Positions 15,879 to 23,007 are shown, counted from the first letter of the stretch. The stretch: 32,000 nucleotides of DNA from Haloferax volcanii DS2 (GCF_000025685.1 NC_013967.1:1950001-1982000), one strand, 5' to 3'. The notes: a model not told the origin generated them from the letters alone. Translations and numbers: made by a program.

Positions 15879-17402
15879 TCAGTCGTCGGAGCGACCCTCT
15901 GCGCCCGAGGCGTCGACGGTCGAGCCGAGTTTGTTGGGCAGGAGGCCGCCGCCTTTGCCGGTGTGACGACGTTCGACGGTCTCCCGCGCTTTCTCTTCGG
16001 ACGCGCCGGCGACCATGTACATCCGCTGGGGCCACATCCGAAGCGCGACCCAGATGCCGAGGACGACGACGAGTCCGACCGCGAGGGCGACCGGTGCCGG
16101 GATGAGGGCCAGAATGCCCGTCGCGGGCGACCCCGCGTCAGCGACGGGCGACGTGATGAGCCCGCGACCACCGAGGTCGAAGCCCGCGCTCCCAGCCGCC
16201 TGCGTCAGGAGCGGAGCCACCGCGGAGGAGATGTAGTGCAGCGGAACCAGCAGGATGGTGCCCGTGACGACCATCTTCACGATGTTGCCGTTCATGATAG
16301 GGACCATCAGCGCGAAGAAGAACGGGAACGTCGCCAGGTCGATTCCCCACAGCACGTCGTTGCCGGGGAGGATAATCGACATCACGATGGCGATGGGGAC
16401 GATGAGCAGGCTGGACGCGATGACCGACTCGTGGCCGATGAGGATGGCCGAGTCGAGGCCGATCGCCATGTCGCGGTCTTCGAACCGCGAGGTCATGTAG
16501 TTCCGAATCGACTCCGAAAGCGGCGTCAGCCCCTCCATGAGGATGCCGACCATCATCGGGAGGATGTGCATCACCGCGGCGAACGAGATGCCGGCGGTGA
16601 GGATGGCGTACCAGCTCTCGGCGACGAAGAGCGCGTTACTGTAGGCGGCGATACCGATGACGAGCCCGATGGCGAGGCCGACGAAGATTGGTTCGCCGAG
16701 GATGCCGAACCGGTCTTGAATCGCGTCGGGGTCGGCTTCGATGTTCCCGAGCGGCGTCTTATCCACCGCCCAGTGAATCGGAATCGCGGCGACGGCGTAG
16801 GGTGCCGAGGTCCCGTGCGGAATGGAGATTCCGGGCGTGTCGAACGTCTCCTCGACGGCCGGTTGCGTCCAGTCCGCGGCCACGAGGACGAACAGCCCCA
16901 GCGTCAGCCCGACCGCCACCGAGTACAGCCAGTTGTTCGTGCTCATGTAGACCAGTCCGCCGATGAAGGCGAAGTGCCAGTAGTTCCAGATGTCCACGTT
17001 GAGCGTGTACGTGAAGCCGATAGCGAAGAGGACGAGGTTCATCACCACGAACAGCGGAATCATCCAGACGCCGAGTTCCGCGATACCGAAGGCGATGGCG
17101 GCGGCGGCGGGCCAGCCGACGTCGACCGCTGGAAGCGTGACACCGGTCACCTCGACCATCTGTTGGGCCAGCGGGCTGATGTTCTCGCTGAACAGCCCGA
17201 TGACGAGATTGATGCCGATGAACCCGATACCGATGAGGATGGACGAGCGCGCCGCCTTCAACACGTCCACCCGGAACGCGAGCGCGATGAGGAAGATGAT
17301 TATCGGCAGGAGGACGCTCACGCCCAACGATTGGATTACGCTGTTGATAGAATTCAACAGGGAACTCACACCACTCTGTAAGAATACGTCTGGTACTACC
17401 AT
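15879..17402 (-). CDS. PTS EIIC permease, galactitol family (GatC-like)
   Basis: 507-aa polytopic protein. Blocks match my recollection of GatC: IGIGFIGINLVIGL, AVDVGWP, LNVDIWNYWH, GISIPHGTSA, FGILGEPIFVGL, MEGLTPLS. It has a C-terminal soluble extension of about 50 aa. Confidence 0.92.
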   Translation of the reverse strand: MVVPDVFLQSGVSSLLNSINSVIQSLGVSVLLPIIIFLIALAFRVDVLKAARSSILIGIGFIGINLVIGLFSENISPLAQQMVEVTGVTLPAVDVGWPAAAAIAFGIAELGVWMIPLFVVMNLVLFAIGFTYTLNVDIWNYWHFAFIGGLVYMSTNNWLYSVAVGLTLGLFVLVAADWTQPAVEETFDTPGISIPHGTSAPYAVAAIPIHWAVDKTPLGNIEADPDAIQDRFGILGEPIFVGLAIGLVIGIAAYSNALFVAESWYAILTAGISFAAVMHILPMMVGILMEGLTPLSESIRNYMTSRFEDRDMAIGLDSAILIGHESVIASSLLIVPIAIVMSIILPGNDVLWGIDLATFPFFFALMVPIMNGNIVKMVVTGTILLVPLHYISSAVAPLLTQAAGSAGFDLGGRGLITSPVADAGSPATGILALIPAPVALAVGLVVVLGIWVALRMWPQRMYMVAGASEEKARETVERRHTGKGGGLLPNKLGSTVDASGAEGRSDD

Positions 17403-17492
17403 GTTATTAACTCACAACCCTGTCTCAGAATGAGAGTGTCTCTACATAAATGTTGCTGTCATTCGTGAAGATTCGTGTCGGCGACGTATCGG

Positions 17493-17789
17493 TCAGCCTT
17501 CGAGCGCCGCGGCGATGTCGTCGAGGACCTCGTCTTGGCCGATACCGGTCATGAACGCCGTCGTGTGGATGACCGGGACGTCGAACTTGTCTTCGTTGAG
17601 TTGCGTCGTGGTGACGATGAGGTCGAAGTTCCCCGACGAGACCTTGCCGGGGGCTTCCGTCGCCTTCGCCTTGGCGATGGTCCCGATGTCGAGGCCGCGC
17701 TCCGGGAGCTTCTCTTTCAGCGCTTCCTTGACGACCGTCGACGTCGCAACCGATGTGCCACACACTACGAGGATGTTTTTCGCTGTCAT
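17493..17789 (-). CDS. PTS EIIB component (GatB-like)
   Basis: MTAKNILVVCGTSVATSTVVKEALKE carries the phospho-Cys context seen in GatB-type EIIB proteins. It is 98 aa, and the track ORF's N-terminal extension is discarded. Confidence 0.9.
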   Translation of the reverse strand: MTAKNILVVCGTSVATSTVVKEALKEKLPERGLDIGTIAKAKATEAPGKVSSGNFDLIVTTTQLNEDKFDVPVIHTTAFMTGIGQDEVLDDIAAALEG

Positions 17790-17895
17790 TGTCGTGTATT
17801 GCACATCATCGATGACCACTAAAAAGATTGCGCCGGTCCGACGCGCCGCAGTCCCGAGTGGAGCGAGACGGGACGGTCTGCCGTCGGCGGCCGTC

Positions 17896-18573
17896 TCAGG
17901 GGAAACTCGTGGCGATGTCGCGGAGGAGCGGCTCCGGCTCCGACGCGAGCGACACGGCCGACGCGGCACCGGTCGCGTGACCTCCCTGTTCGAAGGCGAG
18001 GCGGACGTCTTCGGCGGTCGAGATGCCGCCGCCGACGAGGACGCGAGTGCGCGGATTCTCCCTCTCGACCATCGACATGAAGTCGCGAACGCGGTCGGGG
18101 TGCGTCTGCGTAATCGCGCGGTCCGACGAGATGTCCTCGGGCATCTCGTATATCATCGAGTCGGGGTCGAACTCCGCGACCGCGCGACCCATCTCGATGC
18201 TGTCGACGCAGACGACCGAGTCGAGGTCCAGGTCGCGACAGCGCTCGGTTTTCCACACGAGGTCGGACAGCGTGTCGCGGTTCTCCGCGTGGTTGATGAC
18301 GACGCCGTCGGCCCCCGCGTCTGCGACGGTCTCCGGGAGGATTTTCCCCATCCCGCGACCGGGCTCGACGGCGTCCATCGCGGGCGCGGTGACGGCGAGG
18401 TCGGTGTGTTCGGTTATCAGCCGGATGTCCGGCAGTTGCGGCGTCAACACGAAGCGCGCGTCGGTCTCCGCCTCTATCGTTTCGAGCAGCCGCGCGAACG
18501 CGAGCGCGTCCTCGCCGCTCGTGTCCGGATACACCTTGAAGTTGACCTGAAAGTGGGGGTACGGAAGGTTCAT
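17896..18573 (-). CDS. tpiA: archaeal-type triosephosphate isomerase paralogue (TIM-like isomerase, divergent lid loop)
   Basis: 225 aa with QVNFKVY (Asn/Lys), VINHAENR (His), IYEMPE (Glu) and VLVGGGIS blocks, as in short archaeal TIMs. The loop-6 IGTG sequence is replaced by ISSD. Confidence 0.8.
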   Translation of the reverse strand: MNLPYPHFQVNFKVYPDTSGEDALAFARLLETIEAETDARFVLTPQLPDIRLITEHTDLAVTAPAMDAVEPGRGMGKILPETVADAGADGVVINHAENRDTLSDLVWKTERCRDLDLDSVVCVDSIEMGRAVAEFDPDSMIYEMPEDISSDRAITQTHPDRVRDFMSMVERENPRTRVLVGGGISTAEDVRLAFEQGGHATGAASAVSLASEPEPLLRDIATSFP

Positions 18574-18601
18574 CAGTGGGTCCGGGGATTACCTCGGGGA
18601 G

Positions 18602-19378
18602 TCATAATAGCGTCTCCGCCTCCTCGATAGTCGCGCCCTCGTGGACGATGGCCGAGAGCGCGTCGATGATGGCCGCGGGGTCGTCCCGCTGCCAGACGTT
18701 CCGGCCGAACATCACGCCCTGCGAACCGGCCTCGACGGCACCGTGGACCATCTCCAGTACCTCTCGGTCCGTCTCGACGGTGGGGCCGCCGGCGATGTAC
18801 GTCGGCACCGGCGCGTTGTGCACGATGCGCTCGAAGCCCGTGGGCGGGTACGGCGTCTTCAGGATGTCCGCGCCGAGTTCGAAGCCGAGGCGGTTGGCGT
18901 TGACGAGGTAGTCGGTGTCGAACTCGTCGTCAGCGCGCTGGCCCCAGAGTGTGGGCTCGACGATGAGCGGAATCCCCGCGTCGTCGCAGTCCTCGGCCGC
19001 GGCCGCGACGAACTCGGCGTTCTCCTTCAGCACGTCGGGACTCTCCCGCCCGAAGACGAGCGCGACTTTCGCGGCGTCGGCCACCTCGGCGCAGTCCTCG
19101 ACGCTGAACACCTGAGAGTGGATTTCGGCGTTCTCGACGTCGCCCGGCATCGTTGAGTCGTACAGGAGGTCGAGCGTGCCGATGGTGTGGACGTCGGCGG
19201 CGTCGATTCGGTCCTCGAAGCGCTTCAGAAACGGCACGCTCGCCAGGATACCGTCGGGGCCGGCGTCCAACACCGTGTCGAGGAGCGCCGCGGGGTCCTC
19301 GAACCCCTCAAGCGAACCCCAATGGAGGCCGTGGTCGATGGCGACAGTCACCGATCGTCCGAGTCGTTGGTCCGTCAT
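18602..19378 (-). CDS. class-I aldolase of the DhnA / archaeal class-IA (DeoC/LacD superfamily) type
   Basis: Starts MTDQRLGRSVTVAIDHG. The Schiff-base Lys context is GADILKTPYPP. The ATG at 19378 follows the yjbQ-like stop (19381-19383) by 2 nt. The track ORF's 144-aa extension is discarded. Confidence 0.85.
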   Translation of the reverse strand: MTDQRLGRSVTVAIDHGLHWGSLEGFEDPAALLDTVLDAGPDGILASVPFLKRFEDRIDAADVHTIGTLDLLYDSTMPGDVENAEIHSQVFSVEDCAEVADAAKVALVFGRESPDVLKENAEFVAAAAEDCDDAGIPLIVEPTLWGQRADDEFDTDYLVNANRLGFELGADILKTPYPPTGFERIVHNAPVPTYIAGGPTVETDREVLEMVHGAVEAGSQGVMFGRNVWQRDDPAAIIDALSAIVHEGATIEEAETLL

Positions 19379-19380
19379 GG

Positions 19381-19806
19381 TTATCGTAGAATCGTCGTGG
19401 TAATCGTTCGCTCGCGCGGGCCGCACAGTTCGAAGAACATGACCTCTTCCCAGGTCCCGAGGTCGAGCTCCCCGTCGCGGAGGACGAGAAGGACCGGTCG
19501 CTTGATCATCGCGGAGATGAGGTGCGCGTGGGCGTTCGGCTGCTCGCCCGCGGTGATGTGGTCGAGGTCGTGGTAGTAGCCGTCGTCCGGGGGGGCTATC
19601 TGCTTGAACTTGTCTATCATGTCGTCGAGGAGCTTCTCTTCGTACTCGTTGGTCGAGAGCGCCGCAGACGTGTGGGGCGTCGACACGTACACGAGTCCAT
19701 CGGTCACGCCGAGGTCCTCGATGGTCGCTTCCACCTCGGGAGTGACGCTCAGAATCTCGAACCTGCTGTGGCTCTCGATGGAGAAGCTCTCTGTCTGTAT
19801 CTCCAT
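19381..19806 (-). CDS. YjbQ/UPF0047-family protein
   Basis: 141 aa with family blocks LVYVSTPHTSAALSTNE and DLDHITAGEQPNAHAHLISAM. Confidence 0.9.
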   Translation of the reverse strand: MEIQTESFSIESHSRFEILSVTPEVEATIEDLGVTDGLVYVSTPHTSAALSTNEYEEKLLDDMIDKFKQIAPPDDGYYHDLDHITAGEQPNAHAHLISAMIKRPVLLVLRDGELDLGTWEEVMFFELCGPRERTITTTILR

Positions 19807-19828
19807 ACACCGTAGCTCAGGGAGTGAG

Positions 19829-19840
19829 CGTAAATAGTTT
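19829..19840 (-). promoter_or_regulatory. BRE/TATA-like box of the yjbQ-aldolase-PTS unit (AAACTATTTACG on the minus strand)
   Basis: cgtaaatagttt at 19829-19840 is the exact reverse complement of 19985-19996. It lies 23-34 nt upstream of the ATG at 19806. Confidence 0.6.
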
Positions 19841-19950
19841 TTGCCGACAATCTCCCGAACGCCGCACAGCGACCGTTAGGCGGCAGATATCTTGGGCTCT
19901 CCCTTCTACAACCACCGTTCGGACGGTGTCGGTGGTTCGCTCCACTGTCT

Positions 19951-19980
19951 CACCGAGTCGAACAGTTGTTCTGCTCGGTG
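19951..19980. promoter_or_regulatory. 30-bp near-palindrome CACCGAGtcGAACAgtTGTTCtgCTCGGTG (candidate IclR operator)
   Basis: 12 of 15 positions pair when the sequence is folded on itself. It lies 5 nt upstream of the IclR-2 TATA-like box. Further CACCG/CGGTG copies occur at 19911-19936. Confidence 0.5.
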
Positions 19981-19984
19981 GAAC

Positions 19985-19996
19985 AAACTATTTACG
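19985..19996 (+). promoter_or_regulatory. BRE/TATA-like box of IclR-2 (AAACTATTTACG)
   Basis: It lies 22-33 nt upstream of the ATG at 20018 and is the mirror image of 19829-19840. Confidence 0.6.
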
Positions 19997-20017
19997 TTGC
20001 CTCGACGACACGCAGTT

Positions 20018-20779
20018 ATGACAGAAAACGCGCCCAACCGGATCGAAACGAGTCGGAAGACGATTCGGGTGCTCGACGCGCTTCGAGAACACGGGTCGAG
20101 CAGTGTGACGTTCCTCGCGCGGGAACTCGGGATGAACAAGAGCACGGTTCACAACCACCTCAGCACGCTCGAAGCCGAGAAGTTCGTCGTCCGCGACGGG
20201 ACCGATTACGAACTGAGTCTCCGCCTGCTCGGGTTCGGGGGATACGTACAGCACCGCCACCCGCTGTATCAGGTGGCGAAGCGGGAGGTCCACCGGTTGG
20301 CGTCCCAGACTGGTGAGCTCGCGAACCTGATGGTCGAGGAGTACGGACAGGGCGTCTATCTCGCCTCCGAACAGGGTGAGCGGGCGGTCGATTTAGACAT
20401 CTACCCCGGCCTCAGACGGCCGCTCCACGCCATCGGTCTCGGAAAGGCGATACTGGCGCACCTCCCGTCCGAGCGCGTCGACGAAATCATCGAGGAACAC
20501 GGCCTTCCCGCGGAGACCGACCAGACGATTACCGACAGAGCGGAACTCGACGCACAGTTGGCGACGGTCCGTGACCGGGGCTATGCCGTGGACAACGAGG
20601 AACTCATCAGAGGGCTCCGATGCGTTGGCGCACCCATCATCGCGAAAGACGGGACCGTCTTGGGTGCAATCAGCGTCTCGCAACCCGTCAGCCGCATGAA
20701 TAACGAGCGGTTCACCGACGAGGTTCCCGACATCGTCCAGAGCGCCGCCAACGTCATCGAACTCCACACGAATCACTAA
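20018..20779 (+). CDS. IclR-family transcriptional regulator (copy 2), divergent from the PTS unit
   Basis: Starts MTENAPNRIETSRKTIRVLDAL. wHTH is NKSTVHNHLSTLEAEKFV. Effector-domain blocks are RGYAVDNEE, GLRCVGAPI and GAISVSQPVSR. Confidence 0.9.
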   Translation: MTENAPNRIETSRKTIRVLDALREHGSSSVTFLARELGMNKSTVHNHLSTLEAEKFVVRDGTDYELSLRLLGFGGYVQHRHPLYQVAKREVHRLASQTGELANLMVEEYGQGVYLASEQGERAVDLDIYPGLRRPLHAIGLGKAILAHLPSERVDEIIEEHGLPAETDQTITDRAELDAQLATVRDRGYAVDNEELIRGLRCVGAPIIAKDGTVLGAISVSQPVSRMNNERFTDEVPDIVQSAANVIELHTNH

Positions 20780-20782
20780 GAA

Positions 20783-20803
20783 TTACAAGAATACCGTTGT
20801 AAT
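20783..20803. repeat. hairpin TTACAAG-N7-TTGTAAT (copy 1 of 2)
   Basis: Read directly. The arms ATTACAA (20782-20788) and TTGTAAT (20797-20803) are reverse complements. The same two 7-mers recur with the same spacing at 22732-22752. Confidence 0.8.
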
Positions 20804-21095
20804 GAGCGTCTCGACGGCTCTTGCAAGTCGCCGCCGGCTCTGATGGTGCTGTTCAGTTAGTGTGAACACTAGTTCTTAAATACAGAATACATGCTACTCC
20901 AACAATAATTACGGTCTATCTGATTATGTCTCTTCTCTCTGCGGTTATCTAATTGTATTCTCCCGAACCGGAGCCATTTGTCACCCAGATATGCTCTTCG
21001 CTAGAGCGTATGCTAACTATTGCCAACGGAACCCCGCTGTTGCCAGTCGGCCGAACTGCGCCCTCGCGCCCTCGTCGAGGTACCATCCTCGGAAG

Positions 21096-21103
21096 GATTT
21101 AAT
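21096..21103 (+). promoter_or_regulatory. TATA-like box (gatttaat) of the FGGY kinase gene, preceded by CCTCG/CGAGG repeats
   Basis: It is centred about 27 nt upstream of the ATG at 21127. CCTCG-t-CGAGG-taccat-CCTCG lies at 21070-21091. Confidence 0.45.
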
Positions 21104-21126
21104 GGCGTCCTGCGTGACGGCGTGGT

Positions 21127-22587
21127 ATGGAGAGCCCGCAACTGGTCGGCGTTCATCTCGGTACCGCGAGCGTGCATGTCGATGTGTACAGCACCGACGG
21201 CGAACGACTCGCCGGCGGTGAGGCACCCGTCGCCGAGCAGACGACGCTCGCGTGGGAGCGAGCGCTCCACGAGGCGGCGCCGGCGCTCCCGCAGACCGGC
21301 ATCGGCTCGGTCGCGAGTACGTCGGGGACCGCCGTGCTCGTCGACAAGTACGGCGAGCCGGTGTTCCCCCCGCAGATGTACTTCGATTCCGCGCCCGAAC
21401 AGGCGTCGAAGCTCCGCGACCTCGACCTGTCTGACCTCTCGATTAACCAGAATATCGCGTTTTCTCCGACCAGCCCTCTTCCGAAGATTCTGAAGCTTCG
21501 CGAGGAGCACCCCGAAAAGTTCCAGCGGGTGGAGTGGATTCTCAGCCCGACGACGTGGCTGTTGTACCGGCTCCGATTCGACGCGTCGACGCCGTGGCGC
21601 GATATCGAGACCGACTGGACGAACGCGTTGAAGTTCGGCGCCGACGTGACGACGCCACTCCCCACGTGGTTCGAGTCGCTGTTCGAGACGCTCGACCTGC
21701 CTCGGTCGCTCTTTCCAGCGATTCGCCCCCCCGGCTCGTTCATCGGGGTCGCCGACGGTCAGTTGGCCGAGCGGACCGACTTCGACGGTATCAAACTCTT
21801 TCAGGGGCTCACTGACGGCAACGCCTCGGTGCTGGCGAACGGCGGCGTCAAACCCGGGGACTTCAGCATCACCTTCGGCGCGTCGAGCGTCATCAAGTAC
21901 GTCTCGGAGTCCGTCTCGCCCCACCCGGCGCTGTACTACCACCGCCACCCCATCGACGGCTATCTGCCAGGTGCGTCGTTCGACACCGGCAACCTCCTCC
22001 GATGGTTCTTCGACCGCGTCCTCAACTGCACGCCGGAGCGCGGGCTCGAACTCGCCCGACAAGTCCCGAGCGGCCACGGCTACGAGGTGTTCCTCAAGGG
22101 CAACCGAAGCCCGTTTTTCGACGCCGACGTCGCGGGGTCGCTCCTCGGCCTCAACTACGACAACTCCCTGTCGACCGAGGAGGTCCACGGCCGACTGGCG
22201 CGCGGGCTCATTACCGGCATCATCCTGACCGAGTGGACATACATCTCGCTGGTCGAAGAACACTTCGACACGGACATCGACCGCGTGCTCGTCATCAACG
22301 ACGGGACGCCGACGCTCGACGGCAACTACGACTGGTGGAACACGCTCCGGGCGTCGATATGGGACCGCCCGGTCGTCGAGATGGAACCGCGAACGACTGC
22401 CGGCGCGGTCATGGCTCCCGCGCTCATCACGTCGATTTACAGCGACGTCGAGACGGCGGCGGAAAACCTCCTCCGAGAGCGTGACGTTATCGAGCCGGAC
22501 CCGTCGGTCAGCGCGGACTTCGATACGCAAAAAGAGGCCTACTTCGACCGATGGCGGGACATCGCGGCGTTCTATCAACGGGAGTGA
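21127..22587 (+). CDS. FGGY-family carbohydrate kinase, divergent
   Basis: 486 aa, colinear with xylulokinase/glycerol-kinase-type proteins. Blocks: VGVHLGTASV, SPLPKILKLREEHPEKF, QGLTDGNASVLANG, ITFGASSV, VFLKGNRSPFFD, VLVINDGTPT. Confidence 0.85.
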   Translation: MESPQLVGVHLGTASVHVDVYSTDGERLAGGEAPVAEQTTLAWERALHEAAPALPQTGIGSVASTSGTAVLVDKYGEPVFPPQMYFDSAPEQASKLRDLDLSDLSINQNIAFSPTSPLPKILKLREEHPEKFQRVEWILSPTTWLLYRLRFDASTPWRDIETDWTNALKFGADVTTPLPTWFESLFETLDLPRSLFPAIRPPGSFIGVADGQLAERTDFDGIKLFQGLTDGNASVLANGGVKPGDFSITFGASSVIKYVSESVSPHPALYYHRHPIDGYLPGASFDTGNLLRWFFDRVLNCTPERGLELARQVPSGHGYEVFLKGNRSPFFDADVAGSLLGLNYDNSLSTEEVHGRLARGLITGIILTEWTYISLVEEHFDTDIDRVLVINDGTPTLDGNYDWWNTLRASIWDRPVVEMEPRTTAGAVMAPALITSIYSDVETAAENLLRERDVIEPDPSVSADFDTQKEAYFDRWRDIAAFYQRE

Positions 22588-22731
22588 CGCCGAACGCACC
22601 GGCTTTGCCTGCCGGCTGTACGACAACCGGCGACACCGACGGCGCAGACCTGAGCACCGAGACGATCGCGTCGAAGGTGAGATCGAGACTACGAGCACGT
22701 CCCGTGTTTCGTGAAATGAACCTCGGGAGAG

Positions 22732-22752
22732 TTACAAGCATACACTTGTAAT
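22732..22752. repeat. hairpin TTACAAG-N7-TTGTAAT (copy 2 of 2)
   Basis: The arms TTACAAG (22732-22738) and CTTGTAA (22745-22751) are reverse complements. The hairpin lies about 145 nt downstream of the kinase stop. Confidence 0.8.
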
Positions 22753-22808
22753 CCAAAGTGTCCATCGCGCAGCTGACTGAATCACGTGAGAACTCGGTGT
22801 GAAAACAG

Positions 22809-22827
22809 TTTCCAACACGCATGGAAC
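22809..22827. promoter_or_regulatory. TTTCCA-N7-TGGAAC inverted repeat (site A)
   Basis: tttcca at 22809-22814, a 7-nt spacer, then tggaac at 22822-22827. It shares the extended left arm GTTTCCAAC with site B. Confidence 0.4.
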
Positions 22828-22988
22828 CGAACACACGGCGAAACCAACCAGCAGCGACTTCCCCAACGGGTTACGTGCCCGTTGGTCGCTTGCTTGCCGC
22901 CGAGATACCCAGACAACGCTCGAGACCGCGTGCTTGCACGGGTATTACCGGGAATATCTGGGGACCACGTGAGCCAACCCGACTAGTG

Positions 22989-23007
22989 TTTCCAACTGAA
23001 GTGGAAA
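22989..23007. promoter_or_regulatory. TTTCCA-N7-TGGAAA inverted repeat (site B)
   Basis: tttcca at 22989-22994, a 7-nt spacer, then tggaaa at 23002-23007. The arms are perfect 6-bp reverse complements. Confidence 0.45.

Noticed and set aside
15302-16171. Long N-terminal extensions of track ORFs (15302..16171, 17493..17969, 18602..19810, 9773..10903, 10635..11600, 19892..20779, 23176..24072, 30150..31151)
   Set aside because: The extensions are basic, Arg-rich or overlap the neighbouring upstream gene. Internal Met codons give N-termini that match family norms and sit about 25-35 nt downstream of TATA-like boxes.
15711-17381. 556-aa plus-strand ORF antisense to the EIIC gene
   Set aside because: It is D/E/R/H-rich low complexity with no hydrophobic segments or motifs. 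The opposite strand encodes a protein matching GatC block by block.
21013-22698. 561-aa minus-strand ORF, longer than the FGGY kinase ORF it overlaps
   Set aside because: It is extremely Arg/Pro/Gly-rich and basic and has no recognisable domain. It is the antisense shadow of a gene whose plus-strand translation is colinear with FGGY kinases and has halophile-type acidity. This is typical of GC-rich genomes.
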